Source of the DNA: an uncultured Planctomycetaceae bacterium
GTDB taxonomy: Bacteria; Planctomycetota; Planctomycetia; Planctomycetales; Planctomycetaceae
Reading direction: 5' to 3'
Length of the DNA: 64,000 nucleotides
Assembly (NCBI GenBank): GCA_963815195.1
Contig: CAWFGE010000022.1
Location: 256,001 to 320,000 of the forward strand
Positions 51,630 through 62,633 of this stretch are shown one piece after another; position 1 is the stretch's first letter, and the number at the start of each line of letters is the position of its first letter. A program made the translations under genes and the position numbers. The notes beneath the pieces are model-generated. The model searched no databases. It was not told the origin of the DNA and worked only from the letters and a program-made list of their open reading frames with translations.

Positions 51630-52367
51630 ATGCTGGCTCAGAAACGATGGATCGTCCCCACGGTTTTGGTGTTGTCGGCCGGACTCGCGGGATGCCAAAC
51701 CGGCGGGAAGTTGCCTTGCCGTCAAACGAAGTGTGGCGCGGCGCCCTGTGCTTCGCAGTCCTGCGGGCGGACGGCTGCCCCCAAAGGCGGCTGTCTTGCC
51801 GGGATCTTTGGAAAGAGGTCCTGCATAAACCAGGGCTGCCGGTCAAAAAGCTCAACGCCTTGCGCGACGGGATACAGGACGGGATGCGCTGCGGTTTCCC
51901 AGCCGGCGATGATGCCGGGGCATCCGGTCGCGCCGCGCCAGCCGACCGTTCCGCATCCGCAGGCAGCGAATCCTTATTACGCCCCGCAAGTCGCGCCGAG
52001 GCCAACGGCCCCGGCCATCAATGTCCAGCCGCCCATGCCGCCGATCGAAACAGAGCCAATGCCCGCGCCGGCGATTGCGCCGCCTTTGCCGAAAGCTTCG
52101 CTTGACGAGCAATTTCTCGCGCCGCCGGCCCCGCCGGAAGAAATCGACGCCACGGCCCAAAGGGCGAATCCGTTGATGACGGTCTCCCAAAGCCGGCGCA
52201 TCGGCGAACCGAGCCGCGTGGTCTCCGCGAACCGCCAGGGCGCGGCGAGAACCGCCGAGCGGCAGGCTCCGCAATCCTCAAATCCGCAGTCCTATTCCCG
52301 GGCCTGGGCCGATGCCTTGGGTCTGCCGGCGAAGAATTCGTATCAACCGGACGACTATCAGCGGTAA
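51630..52367 (+). CDS. Hypothetical lipoprotein with Cys-rich N-terminus and Pro-rich body
   Basis: Lipobox GLAGC, about ten Cys in the first 90 aa, then P/A-rich low complexity. Confidence 0.7.
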   Translation: MLAQKRWIVPTVLVLSAGLAGCQTGGKLPCRQTKCGAAPCASQSCGRTAAPKGGCLAGIFGKRSCINQGCRSKSSTPCATGYRTGCAAVSQPAMMPGHPVAPRQPTVPHPQAANPYYAPQVAPRPTAPAINVQPPMPPIETEPMPAPAIAPPLPKASLDEQFLAPPAPPEEIDATAQRANPLMTVSQSRRIGEPSRVVSANRQGAARTAERQAPQSSNPQSYSRAWADALGLPAKNSYQPDDYQR

Positions 52368-52591
52368 ACGTGAGCGGCCGGGCACGCTCTGGTTGGCTGG
52401 CCGCCGGTCTTGACTTTGGCGGTCTCCGTTCGTCAAAACCCGAGGCTAGGGCCTACGGCTCACTTTTTCATCGTCAAAAAAACCAACCAGCCGCAAAGCG
52501 CGAACGCCGCGTTCTCTCCACGAGGACGCGGCGTTCTGGCTTATCGCGCGATTGGGTGTGCGTATCACGAAAGTAGGTAATGGGCAAATTT

Positions 52592-52671
52592 GGGTGGCTT
52601 GTCCCTGAGCCTCAGCGAAGGGCGTGGCCATTGCAAACACCACGCCCTTCGTGCCTCAGGGCGTGCCACCC
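52592..52671. repeat. REP-like double hairpin, GGGTGGCACGCCC family
   Basis: Near-identical to 43068..43144. Confidence 0.9.
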
Positions 52672-53008
52672 AGATCCACTTGAAAAATACGTCCAGTCAT
52701 TTTCCACCGACTTTCGCGAGACACACTCTGCGATTGGAAAAAATCTCCGCAGGGAGGATGCGGGCGCGGTGTTTTGGTTATACTGCATCTTCACGGACGC
52801 AAAAAAAGGAAACAGCCGGGAGAATTGTGTTGGTGGGGCAGGAACCGTCACAATCCAACATCCGGCTGTTCAAGTTTAATTTTACCGGCCCGGATTGGGC
52901 GATGCAAACAAATTTTCCCCCGGGCAATCGCTTCGCGGGATTTCCGTTTTGCGGAAATTCGAGAACGATCGGCCCGGTCCTCCAACTCTTTCCACAGGCT
53001 CTGGCACC

Positions 53009-53806
53009 ATGAAGAAGAACCCCGTAAAGGCCGCCTTGAAAGTCGGCAAACCGCAAGTGGGAACCTGGCTTTCGCTCGGCAGCGTGTACGCGGCCCGGCT
53101 GATGTCCCGCGTGGGCTTTCCCTGGCTGACGGTCGATATGGAACACTCGCCGATCGCGTGGGACGAAGCGGCGTTATTGTTCGGGGCGATTGCCGACGCC
53201 GGCTGCGTCCCGTTGGCCCGCGTGCCCTTCGGGGAATATCAACTCATCAAGCGCGTGCTCGATGCGGGGGCGATGGGGATTGTGGTGCCGATGGTGAATA
53301 CCGTCGAAGAGGCCCGCAATGCGATTGCCGCGGCGAAGTATCCGCCCGTCGGCACGCGGTCGGTCGGCGGCGGTTTGCATGCCCTCAACTTCGGGGCGAC
53401 GGCGGGCGATTACTTCCGGTACGCGAACGACGAGATTCTCGTCGTCCTGCAAACCGAATCCCCCGAAGGCGTGGAGAACGCGGAGGAAATCTACAGCCTG
53501 CCCGGCTGCGATGCGATCTTCATCGGACCCAACGATCTTCGCTTCCAGATGCGCGGCCCCGACGGGAAAGACCCGTCGCCCGAAGAGCACGAAGCCATGA
53601 TGCAGCGGGTCCTGGAAGTCGGCAAACGCGTGGGCACGCCGGTGGGCCTCCACGTGCAGACCGTCGAAGACGTGGACCGGCGGATCAAAGAAGGCTTCCA
53701 GTTCATCGCGTTGGGCAGCGAACTGAAATTCATGGTCAACGAAGCCACCCGCCTGTTGAGCGGCCTCGACATGCAGGAAACCAGCGCGGATCTGGCGCGG
53801 TATTGA
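53009..53806 (+). CDS. HpcH/HpaI-family class II aldolase
   Basis: [45 protein letters not shown]. Confidence 0.92.
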   Translation: MKKNPVKAALKVGKPQVGTWLSLGSVYAARLMSRVGFPWLTVDMEHSPIAWDEAALLFGAIADAGCVPLARVPFGEYQLIKRVLDAGAMGIVVPMVNTVEEARNAIAAAKYPPVGTRSVGGGLHALNFGATAGDYFRYANDEILVVLQTESPEGVENAEEIYSLPGCDAIFIGPNDLRFQMRGPDGKDPSPEEHEAMMQRVLEVGKRVGTPVGLHVQTVEDVDRRIKEGFQFIALGSELKFMVNEATRLLSGLDMQETSADLARY

Positions 53807-53830
53807 GATCGTCCGTTCCTGAAATCACCC

Positions 53831-53858
53831 GGCGAGCGTGGGGCGTAAGCCCCATGAT
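53831..53858. repeat. REP-like element, ATCATGGGGCT family (reverse orientation)
   Basis: GGCGAGCGTGGGGCGTAAGCCCCATGAT. Confidence 0.85.
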
Positions 53859-53896
53859 CTCGTGGAATGTCCCAAACCAAACGCCTTCCGATTCGT

Positions 53897-54841
53897 ATGA
53901 AGAAATTCACGATTCATTGTTTCATCGTCTTCGCAAGTTCCCTGTTGTGGACCGGGTGCGGGAACGATGCGCCGGCCCCGAGGGCCGATAAATCAAAACA
54001 AACGGCGAGTTCGCCCGCTCCTGCTAAGAAGCCCAAGCCGTCACAAAGCACGGTGTCCGCTTCGCCGCCCACGCCGAAAGTGCCGCCGATTAAGCCGTTG
54101 ACTTTGGGAGCCTTGGGCGGCGGGGATGCTTCGACCGGCGGCCAGGATCAAAACAAATCCGCGGCCGGCCAAGACACGATGAACAGCGTGCTCGAAGCGA
54201 TGAAGCCGCTGCAGATTTTCCTCGGCGACTGGAACACCACGACCCGCAACATGGGCGCGGATCCGCGAAATGGATTTGGGATTTTCGCACCGACAGAAAG
54301 CAGCCCGCCCTCGTGATGAGCACGAAGGACCATCCGTACTTTGAAACAGTGCGGTTGACGTTCCTCACCGATCGGCAAAAGTTCGAGCTGACCGCAAAGG
54401 ATAACGAGGGCAAGCAAAGAACCTACGAGGGCGAGTTCACCGAAAAGCCGCATTTCGAAGAAGGCGAAGGCGGCAAGTTGGAGCCGCGGTTTGAAATGAC
54501 GCTCGCCGAAGTCGGCAACGACGAGGCCCGCAAGCTCGTGGGCGTCAAGCTCACCCAGCGAAACCGCAACCGGATGTGGTTGGAAGTCTATCAGCGCCTC
54601 CGGCAAAAAACTTCGCCTGCAGGACAACGTCGCCAGCCAGCGCGAAGGCACGTCCTTCGCCCTCGCCGAAACCAACTACGGCGACCGCGAGTGCATCGTC
54701 TCCCAGGGCCTGGGCACGATGACCGTCAGCTACATGGGCAAGACCTATTACGTCTGCTGCTCCGGCTGCCAGGGCGCGTTTAACGATGATCCCACGTTCT
54801 GGATCAAGAAAGCCCTCGAACGCAAAAAGTCCAAAAAATAG
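53897..54841 (+). CDS. Lipoprotein with C-terminal YHS-like domain (frameshifts near 54260 and 54610)
   Basis: Lipobox WTGC; the last frame reads ECIVSQGLGTMTVSYMGKTYYVCCSGCQGAFNDDP to TAG at 54841. Confidence 0.75.
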
Positions 54842-54880
54842 GATGGAGTTTTACAAGCGGGAGGCCCACGTCTCGCCGTT

Positions 54881-55582
54881 CTAAAAATCTTCGTCCTCAT
54901 CGAAATCTTCGCCGCCGACTTTGACGATCCGGTCATCGGGTGCAAAGTCGAGATCGCCGAACGACTCCATAGGCATCAGATAGTGATAGCCGTCCGGTCC
55001 GCCGCAGTGGGCATCGAGGACCGCCATGATCCGCCGGCATTCGGAGGGTGACTGGGAGGGGCCGGAGATGAAGAACGGCTTGCCGTCTTTGCCCATCGGA
55101 AAGGTTTCGCGGGCCAGGTCCGGATCGATGCCATCGAGAATCGGCCGCAGTTTGCGGAAATCGGCATAGGGGGAAAGGCCGACGGAGGCGGCAAATGCCA
55201 CCGCATCGTCGATCAACTTCCGGGCCGACGGCGGGTCGATCGGCCGGACGCCTTGTTTTTTGAATCGCTCAAGTTGTTTTCCGTAATTGGCCGCCGGAAC
55301 CTCGCCGAAGCAATCCTTGACGCCCAGGCAATAGGTATCGACCAGGAAGATGGCAAATGCCAATTCTCCGGACGAAGACCTGCGGCCGATGAACAGGCTG
55401 GCCAGGCCCCGCTCTTCAAATTCCGCATTGACGAGGCAATCCACCACGGGGGCCGACGCGAACCGGCCGAGCCGTTCCGCCGTGCTCATGTTTTTTGCCC
55501 GGTGGATTTCCCGGTGTTTCTCGGTGCGTTTCGCTTTTTGTTTTGCCAGCCGCTTTTGACGTTTTGCTTCCGAACGGGCCAT
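54881..55582 (-). CDS. Hypothetical protein
   Basis: Basic N-terminus, FLVDTYCLGVKD, GKDGKPFFISGP, acidic tail; AAGGAG RBS. Confidence 0.75.
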   Translation of the reverse strand: MARSEAKRQKRLAKQKAKRTEKHREIHRAKNMSTAERLGRFASAPVVDCLVNAEFEERGLASLFIGRRSSSGELAFAIFLVDTYCLGVKDCFGEVPAANYGKQLERFKKQGVRPIDPPSARKLIDDAVAFAASVGLSPYADFRKLRPILDGIDPDLARETFPMGKDGKPFFISGPSQSPSECRRIMAVLDAHCGGPDGYHYLMPMESFGDLDFAPDDRIVKVGGEDFDEDEDF

Positions 55583-55801
55583 GACTCACTCCTTGAAATC
55601 GAAACCTTATTCTCCAGGACAACGGCCGGCGACGACCGGCCTCCGGGTGGTCGATTATAGCGTTTCATAAACGTTCCGCGAGGGTCCTGCTTTTGTAAAA
55701 CACACACGGAGCCGCGAAAGAAAAATGCCGCGTTTGCTCAAATCGCATCGTGGTGATAGGCTGTTTTCCATTCCATTGCCCCCATTCAAGGAACCGAAAA
55801 C

Positions 55802-56617
55802 ATGCCCGACCTGGTTTACTGCTTGAACTCTAGTACGATCAAGCCCGCGCCGATTCTCGATAAGATTCGCATCGCGGCGGAAACGGGATACCGGGCGATC
55901 GAGCTCTGGCACGATGACATCGATCTGTACCTGAGCGGCGGCGGAACGTTGGCGGACATCAAGCAGGCGGTGGATGACCGCGGGCTGTTGGTGCCGACGA
56001 CGATCTTTCTCAAAGGCTGGTGGGACAACACCGGCGAGGCGTATGTCAAAGCGATGGACGAGATCAAACGCCGGCTGAACCAGGCGGCCGCGGTTGGGGC
56101 GCCGCATGCGATCGCCGGGCCGCCGCTGGAGGGAGCGGGCGATTTCGATTACGGAGCGGAGCAATACCGCAAGCTTCTGGAAGTCGGCCGGGAGTTCGGC
56201 GTGAAGCCGGTGATGGAGTATCTGGGCTTCGCGAAGGAAGTCAACACGATCGCCATCGCCGTGGAGATCATGGAGAAGTCCGGCGACCCCGATGCGACCA
56301 CGGTGATCGACCCGTTCCACTGCCACCGGGGCGGCGGCGGGATTGAAGACATCGCCCGGCTGAGGGCCGAGCAAATCGCGGTCTCGCACTTCAACGACGC
56401 CCCCGCCGACCCGCCCCGCGAAACTCAGCGCGATCCGGACCGCGTGATGCCCGGCGACGGCGTGATCGACCTCAAACGCTACGTCAGCCTGTTGAAAGGC
56501 GCCGGGTACGACCGCTGCATTTCTTTGGAACTCTTTCGCGAAGACCTCTGGCGACAAGACCCGCGGGAAGTCGCCAGGCTCGGTCTGGAAAAAATGCGGG
56601 CCGTCGTGGAAGGCTAA
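55802..56617 (+). CDS. Sugar-phosphate isomerase/epimerase (xylose-isomerase-like TIM barrel)
   Basis: GYRAIELW, MEYLG, DPFH, HFND, RVMPGDG, SLELF metal-ligand pattern. Confidence 0.9.
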   Translation: MPDLVYCLNSSTIKPAPILDKIRIAAETGYRAIELWHDDIDLYLSGGGTLADIKQAVDDRGLLVPTTIFLKGWWDNTGEAYVKAMDEIKRRLNQAAAVGAPHAIAGPPLEGAGDFDYGAEQYRKLLEVGREFGVKPVMEYLGFAKEVNTIAIAVEIMEKSGDPDATTVIDPFHCHRGGGGIEDIARLRAEQIAVSHFNDAPADPPRETQRDPDRVMPGDGVIDLKRYVSLLKGAGYDRCISLELFREDLWRQDPREVARLGLEKMRAVVEG

Positions 56618-57738
56618 CGTTCGGCGGGTGCGGTTTGGAGGGCGGCGCGAAAGGTCAAGCACACCCGGCAGCCGTGAGGCTCGCGGGATTCCAAGCGGAT
56701 GCTCCCGCCGAGGTGGGTCACCACCGACTGGCACAGAGGCAGGCCCAGGCCGTCGTTTTCGGGAATTGTGCTGAAAAACGGATCGAACAGCCGGTCGCGA
56801 ATTTCCGCGGCAATGCCGTCGCCGTTGTCCTCGACGGTCGCTTCGAGAAAACCGGGAGGGGCATCGTGGATTTGGATCCAGACGTTCCGCTCGGCCGTCC
56901 GCGTGCGGACGGTGGCTTCGACGGCGTTGAGGATCAGATTGTACATGACGTGGGTCAGCGAGGCCGAGTCGCCCCAAACCGCCGGCAGGGCTTCGGGGAA
57001 TTGCAGCGCATAGTCGACGCCGTGCTGCTCCAAGGCGGGCCGGGCCAACTCGATCGCGTTTTGGAACACATCGACGAGCCGGCACGTTGACGGTTCGGGT
57101 TTGCGATCCCGCACGAAGTCCCGCACCTGCCGGACAATTCGGCTGGCGGAATCGCAGAGTTCCAGGATTTCGGCAAACGCATGGTCGGTGTCTTCGGGAG
57201 AGAGGCGTTTCCGCTCGAGCCCCATTCTGGCGCCCTGGGCATAATTGGCAATGGCGGCCAAGGGCTGATGCACCTCGTGGGCAAACGCGGCCGCCATCTG
57301 CGCCATCACCGCGCGGCGCATCGTGAGACGCAGTTCGCCGAAAAGGTCTTGAAGGCGGCGGTGAACCTCGGCCTGATTCTTCAAGAGGCCCACAATCAGG
57401 CTGGAGTGCGTCACGATGCCGGCAAATTCCCCGGCCGCATCCACGACCGAGACGGCGTCGACGGCGTTCCAGTCGAGGTTCTGTAGTTCGGAAACGGGCG
57501 TGTCGTCGCGAACGGCCTCGCCCGCGGAAGCCGTCAGCATGTCGGCAAAAATCCGCGTCGGCAGGTGATGGGACGCGTTCCGCAAGCTCACGAGACCTAA
57601 AAACCGGCCTGCTTCAAACACGGCCACGTGCGAAGCGCGTTTTCCCGAAACGAGTGCGGGCAAATCGTGGAATTGCTGTTCCGCCTCCGCGTACAGAACC
57701 CCCTCGCTCAACAGATCCCGCGCCTTCTGTTCGTTCAT
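56614..57738 (-). CDS. Soluble histidine kinase with N-terminal CBS-like pair
   Basis: V..AGRFLGLVS and VVDAAGEFAGIVT CBS-like motifs; H-box FAHEVHQPL, NLILNA, DNGDG, FDPFFST, GLGL. Confidence 0.85.
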   Translation of the reverse strand: MNEQKARDLLSEGVLYAEAEQQFHDLPALVSGKRASHVAVFEAGRFLGLVSLRNASHHLPTRIFADMLTASAGEAVRDDTPVSELQNLDWNAVDAVSVVDAAGEFAGIVTHSSLIVGLLKNQAEVHRRLQDLFGELRLTMRRAVMAQMAAAFAHEVHQPLAAIANYAQGARMGLERKRLSPEDTDHAFAEILELCDSASRIVRQVRDFVRDRKPEPSTCRLVDVFQNAIELARPALEQHGVDYALQFPEALPAVWGDSASLTHVMYNLILNAVEATVRTRTAERNVWIQIHDAPPGFLEATVEDNGDGIAAEIRDRLFDPFFSTIPENDGLGLPLCQSVVTHLGGSIRLESREPHGCRVCLTFRAALQTAPAER

Positions 57739-58118
57739 CGTTTGATTTCAACTTCAAGCTCCGCATCGATGTCGATCATCATCACCTCGTGCGGACTCAT
57801 CAGGTTTTTGACGGATTCCAGGATCAAGACTTTCAATTCATCGATGGGAAGCCGCTTGAGAATATCCCGGCGGACGATAATCGCAGCGACCGTGGCATCG
57901 TTGACATCGATCCGCTCGAAAGGCCGCCCGTTCATCAAACCCAGCGCGCGATTCATGGCTTCGGGGCCAATGGGGGACCCCGCTCCCACCACGACGATGT
58001 CTCGCACGATGGGGATTTTGAAATCGCGAATCCGCATTTGAATGTGCTTTTTCGCCTGGTTGGTAAAACCGGATTTTTCCAGGGATTCTTCGGCCTTGCT
58101 TTTTTTCTGTTTTGCCAC
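57735..58118 (-). CDS. Unknown 127-aa alpha/beta protein in the chemosensory operon
   Basis: Its stop overlaps the kinase start (ATGA); globular composition (RDIVVVG..PIGPEA..RAL); GTG start is approximate. Confidence 0.75.
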   Translation of the reverse strand: MAKQKKSKAEESLEKSGFTNQAKKHIQMRIRDFKIPIVRDIVVVGAGSPIGPEAMNRALGLMNGRPFERIDVNDATVAAIIVRRDILKRLPIDELKVLILESVKNLMSPHEVMMIDIDAELEVEIKR

Positions 58119-58236
58119 GGTTTTTGATCTTGAAAAGAGTCGTCGCACCGGATGGAGTCGTGCGCGTAAGAATAGCAATCCGCGCCCTGGAACGCCATCT
58201 CATTCCGTTGGATCTCCCCGCCGACGACGCGCGGGA

Positions 58237-59319
58237 TCAAACGCCGGCAAGTCCGCTGAGGGCGTCGAAGCGGGGCAGGATCAATAGGCGCTCTTCGACT
58301 TCGAAACAGCCGAGGATGTACGGCCCCCAGCTTTTGCGGGGCAGCGGGCAAGGCCGGTGTTCGGCGGGCAGCCGCAACGATTGAATCCGCCCCATCGCAG
58401 GCAGCGCCGCCAAACCGAGGTGCCGGGGATCGCGGACGATCAGCAAATGGTTGACTGCGTCCTGCGGGATGTCGAAATGCAGCGAGGCTTGCATATCGAT
58501 CACCGGGACGGGGCAGTTTCGCCAATGCACGAATCCCAAAATCGCCTCATGAGTCCCGGGCACAGGGACCAGCGGGAGCGGCTCGGAGATTTCCACGACT
58601 TGCGAAATGCTCAAGCCAACCAAGAGTTGCCAATCGTTGATCACGCCCGCGGGGAACGTCACCATCTGTTGATTGGCCCGCTGGTTCGCCGGCGGCGCGG
58701 CCAATGCATGCCGGCGGCGGAGCCGGTCCAAGGGAACGCCCGGCACGTTCGCCTGTTGGGCCTCGGGCCATAAGCTGTTCGGGTTCAAAAGCAGGTGCAT
58801 TTGATGCGCCGCCCGGCGGCGATTTTGGGGCAGCTCCGCAGGTTCGCTCACGCCGGGCATATGCCGGGAAACGAACGCCTCCTTGGAAACTTTTCGTTCG
58901 CGGGTAAAGTCCACAATTCCCCGGAAGTGGCCGCCGGCGTGCTCCAAGGCTTTGGGCAGCGGGAGCAGGTTGTCTTCGGAGATTCGAATCACGCGGGACA
59001 CGCTCTCCACCAAAAGCCCGTACATGGTTTGGGGATGATCGATCAGGATCGTGTAATGCCGGCTTTCCGCGGAATCCTGCGGGAGCGAAAGCAAATCGGC
59101 AAGATCAAACACGGGGACGTTCCGGCCGCGATGGGAAATCGATCCCACCGAACCGGCGGGCGCGTTCGCCGGGGCCGGCACGAGATCGCGCGACGGTTTC
59201 ACCCCCGCGACCGCGGACATCTCCAAGCAATAAATGTCGTCGCCCGAGCTGCAGCGGATCACATCCACATTCGCCTGCTGGGCGGTTTGACGACGCTTTG
59301 ACGACAACACGGCGCTCAT
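58237..59319 (-). CDS. cheW: Tandem CheW-CheW scaffold protein
   Basis: Two CheW domains: GSISHRGRNVPVFDL..GLLVESV and VPVPG..LGFVHWRNCPVPVIDM. Confidence 0.85.
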   Translation of the reverse strand: MSAVLSSKRRQTAQQANVDVIRCSSGDDIYCLEMSAVAGVKPSRDLVPAPANAPAGSVGSISHRGRNVPVFDLADLLSLPQDSAESRHYTILIDHPQTMYGLLVESVSRVIRISEDNLLPLPKALEHAGGHFRGIVDFTRERKVSKEAFVSRHMPGVSEPAELPQNRRRAAHQMHLLLNPNSLWPEAQQANVPGVPLDRLRRRHALAAPPANQRANQQMVTFPAGVINDWQLLVGLSISQVVEISEPLPLVPVPGTHEAILGFVHWRNCPVPVIDMQASLHFDIPQDAVNHLLIVRDPRHLGLAALPAMGRIQSLRLPAEHRPCPLPRKSWGPYILGCFEVEERLLILPRFDALSGLAGV

Positions 59320-59357
59320 GGTTCAACCGGGTCGAGTGGGACAACTTGTGGGAAGCA

Positions 59358-59385
59358 ATCATGGGGCTCACGCCCCACGCTTGCC
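59358..59385. repeat. REP-like element, ATCATGGGGCT family
   Basis: ATCATGGGGCTCACGCCCCACGCTTGCC between cheA and cheW. Confidence 0.8.
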
Positions 59386-59407
59386 GGAATATTGCAATGG
59401 ACAAAAC

Positions 59408-62400
59408 TCAAACCAGCAGCCGGGCCGGCGAACCGGGTTTGGGTTGGTGAACGAGTTCGCGAACCAGGCTGAGCAGGGCATCGTCCTGATAAGGTTTCAC
59501 CATATAACCTGTGGCTCCCAGGTCGAGGGCTTTGGTGCGGTGTTTCTCGCCGGCCCGCGAGGTGACCATAATCACCGGGGTATGCCGATACGCCGGCTGC
59601 GATCGCAAAAAGCCCAAGAGTTCGTAGCCGTCCATGCGGGGCATTTCGATGTCCAACAGGAACACGTCGGGCGGTCCGTTCAGACCGTGCAGCACTTCCA
59701 GGGCGTCGCGGCCGTCTTTGGCACCGATGGGAATCCAGCCCACGGACTTGATCAGGTTCGTCGTCACCCGGCGGACGCTCACCGAGTCGTCGGCAATAAA
59801 CACCGTGAGCGGGCGATTCTGCGTCGGCCGCTCGGCGGCCGGTCGCAGATTGGGCACCGCGGACATGTTTTCTTCCTTCTCGCCGACGAGCACGACGGGA
59901 TCGAGAATCGGCACGACCGTTCCGTCGCCTAAAAGAGTCGCTCCCAAAAGCCCTTTGACGCGGACGAGGTGCGTCCCCAACGTTTTGACCACGATGTCCC
60001 GGGCCCCGATGATGGCGTCGATCTGAAAGCCGACTTTGCTTTTGCCGGAACCGAGAATCACCACCGGCAGCATGCTGGAAAGCTCGGTCGCCCCCCACTC
60101 CGCCGCCGAGGGAATGCCCAGGCGGTTCGCCATGCGGTGCAGCGGATGCGTTTCGCCGGCGACCTGAATCACCGGTTCACCCGCAAGACGTTCCACGGCG
60201 TGCGGATCGACCCGCAGGATTTGCACGACGGACGGCATGGGCACGGCGAAGATTTGCTTTTCCACGCGCACCAAAAGCGCCCGCGTGATGGCTTGCGTCA
60301 TCGGCAGGCGAATTGTGAACACCGTCCCCTCCCCGACGACCGAGGCAATCGAAATCGTCCCTTTCAGCGTGCGGATTTTTTCCCGCACGATGTCCATGCC
60401 CACGCCCCGCCCCGAAACCTCCGTCAACTCGCTCGCCGTCGAAAAGCCCGGCTCGAACAGAAGCTGATGGCAGGTGTCCTCATCGAGGGTTTCGGCTTCT
60501 TCCGCGGCGAGCATTCCCAGCTCGATGGCTTTCGCGCGAATCTTCGCCGCGTCGATGCCCCGGCCGTCGTCCGCGACTTCCAGAATCACCTGCATCCCTT
60601 GCGGGAACGCGCGGATCGAAATGTTCGCTTCTTCGGGTTTGCCAAGTTCCACGCGCTCTTCGGGCGATTCGATCCCATGATCGGCCGCGTTTCGCAAGAG
60701 ATGCATCAAGGGTTCGGCGAGTTCTTCAATCGCATTTTTATCCAGCTCGACGTGCTCGCCTTGCAGGGTGAGTTGGATGTTTTTTCCGGTTTGATCGGCC
60801 ACCGTCCGGACCGTGCGCTTCACGCGATCGGCGATCGTTGCCAGCGGAACCATCCGCACGCGGGTCAGGCGGTCCTGGGCTTCCCGCGCGAGCCGGCTTT
60901 GCCGGGTGAGCAGCGCATCGAACTCGCCGGTCAAGTTGTTGAGTTCGCCGCCCACCGTGCCCACGTCGTTCGTGACTTCCGAAAGCGAACGGGCCAAAAG
61001 GTGAAACTCGGTGTAGCGGTCGAATTCCAGTTCGTCGAATTCATCCAGGCGGTTCTTGGACACCCGCAGTGAAGGAGCGGCCGGCAAGACCGGTTTCCAG
61101 CGGTCGGCTTTCGTGAGTTTCCCAATGTCGTTCGCGGGCTTGCCGCGGTCCCAGCGTCCGCCCAGGGCTTCGACTTCGTAATGCGTTTCGAGTTCCTGGG
61201 CGATCCGGCGGAGACGTTCCAAAGAGATCTCCAACTCTTCCACGAAACTGTGAAAGGCGTTCATGCGCTGCTCGAGCGACGAACGATTGATAATCATCTC
61301 GCCCACGAGCCGGCTGACTTCATCGATGCGCTCCAAAGGCACCCGCAAAGCCGGCCCATGATGCACCGTTTCCGGCGGAGCGGCGGGAGCGGCCCGCGGC
61401 GGTTCCGGCGGTTTGAACGCGGGTTTTGCTTTCTCCGCGGCGGCGGGCTGGGCTTTGGGCTCGGCCGGTGTTTCGGCGGCCTCTTTCGCTTCCGGCTGTT
61501 CCTCGAGGGGCTGGAGCTGTTGATCGTATTGCACATACAGCCCGGCGACGGATTGCCGAATCTTGTCGCGGTCAAACGTCCCCTTCGCCAGGTCCTGCAG
61601 CGCGTCGGTGGTTTGGTAGATCAGCTTGATCTGTGCGGGGCTGGGTTGGATTTCCTCATCGTACAGCCGGTCCAACAGGTCCTCCATGCGGTGCGCGATC
61701 TGGGTGATCGTCCGCAGCCCCACCGCGCCCGCGGCCCCTTTCAACGTGTGCGCCGCCCGGCGAAGTTCCTGCACCAACTCCCGGCTGGCGTGGTCCTTTT
61801 CGATCTCTTCCAAGGAACGGTATAAACTCCTCAGATGATCGTCGGCTTCTTCGTTGAACACCTCCAGGAGTTCGGGCGGCACGTTGTCCCGGTCCTTCAA
61901 ATCCCGGTCGATGCCTTCGATGATGGCCGGGTCGATGTCCTCATCTGATCCGTTTTCCTCGGCCGGGGATTCCGCTTCCGCTGCGGCATTTTTTTTCGAG
62001 GACTTGGACGTCTTCGATTTGGCGGACTTCCCGGCGGGTTCTTCGAGCAGCAACTGCAAACTCGCCGAGTTGATGGCGGAATCCAGCGACTCCTGGAGCC
62101 CGGCCATTTGCTCTTCGTCCAACTCCGGGAAGTGATTGCAGTAAGCCCCGACCGCGTCGGAGAGCAGCGTTTCTTCCTTCAGATTTCTTCCCTCGATGCC
62201 TTCGACATACCCGCACAGCGCGCTCCACAGCGCGAACGAAGTCGCCAGGATGTTTTCGTGGGGGGCGTTGTCGTTGGTGAGGCCTTCTTCGAGCACCTCT
62301 TCCAGCAGCCGGGCGACGAGTTCCACGGCGGGGAACTGGACCATCAACGCCGCCCCTTTGACCGAGTGCGCCAGGCGATGGGCTTCTTCGAGCGCGGCGG

Positions 62401-62512
62401 GATCCCATTCCCCGTGGTCGAGCGATTGCAGCAGATCGCCCGCCGTGCGGACTGAGTCCTGCACTTCGACGAGAAACCCATCGAGCAATTCTCGTGTGAT
62501 CTTGCGGGACAT
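59408..62512 (-). CDS. cheA: CheA-like hybrid kinase (two Hpt, dimerisation, HATPase, CheW, REC)
   Basis: AHSVKGAA and AHTLKGAA Hpt motifs, HLLRNAADHGIE, DDGRG, SGRGVGMD, GATLLGDG, REC with DD..LLDIEMP..KP. Confidence 0.95.
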   Translation of the reverse strand: MSRKITRELLDGFLVEVQDSVRTAGDLLQSLDHGEWDPAALEEAHRLAHSVKGAALMVQFPAVELVARLLEEVLEEGLTNDNAPHENILATSFALWSALCGYVEGIEGRNLKEETLLSDAVGAYCNHFPELDEEQMAGLQESLDSAINSASLQLLLEEPAGKSAKSKTSKSSKKNAAAEAESPAEENGSDEDIDPAIIEGIDRDLKDRDNVPPELLEVFNEEADDHLRSLYRSLEEIEKDHASRELVQELRRAAHTLKGAAGAVGLRTITQIAHRMEDLLDRLYDEEIQPSPAQIKLIYQTTDALQDLAKGTFDRDKIRQSVAGLYVQYDQQLQPLEEQPEAKEAAETPAEPKAQPAAAEKAKPAFKPPEPPRAAPAAPPETVHHGPALRVPLERIDEVSRLVGEMIINRSSLEQRMNAFHSFVEELEISLERLRRIAQELETHYEVEALGGRWDRGKPANDIGKLTKADRWKPVLPAAPSLRVSKNRLDEFDELEFDRYTEFHLLARSLSEVTNDVGTVGGELNNLTGEFDALLTRQSRLAREAQDRLTRVRMVPLATIADRVKRTVRTVADQTGKNIQLTLQGEHVELDKNAIEELAEPLMHLLRNAADHGIESPEERVELGKPEEANISIRAFPQGMQVILEVADDGRGIDAAKIRAKAIELGMLAAEEAETLDEDTCHQLLFEPGFSTASELTEVSGRGVGMDIVREKIRTLKGTISIASVVGEGTVFTIRLPMTQAITRALLVRVEKQIFAVPMPSVVQILRVDPHAVERLAGEPVIQVAGETHPLHRMANRLGIPSAAEWGATELSSMLPVVILGSGKSKVGFQIDAIIGARDIVVKTLGTHLVRVKGLLGATLLGDGTVVPILDPVVLVGEKEENMSAVPNLRPAAERPTQNRPLTVFIADDSVSVRRVTTNLIKSVGWIPIGAKDGRDALEVLHGLNGPPDVFLLDIEMPRMDGYELLGFLRSQPAYRHTPVIMVTSRAGEKHRTKALDLGATGYMVKPYQDDALLSLVRELVHQPKPGSPARLLV

Positions 62513-62532
62513 GTCTCTTCCTTCCAGGGGCA

Positions 62533-62560
62533 GGCGAGCGTGGGGCATGAGCCCCATGAT
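62533..62560. repeat. REP-like element, ATCATGGGGCT family (reverse orientation)
   Basis: GGCGAGCGTGGGGCATGAGCCCCATGAT just upstream of cheA. Confidence 0.8.
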
Positions 62561-62633
62561 CATTTCCAAGCAAATAGCAACAGAGAATGCCGGGTGGACC
62601 AGAGAGAACGAAAAGCCATCCGATGGCTTTCGG

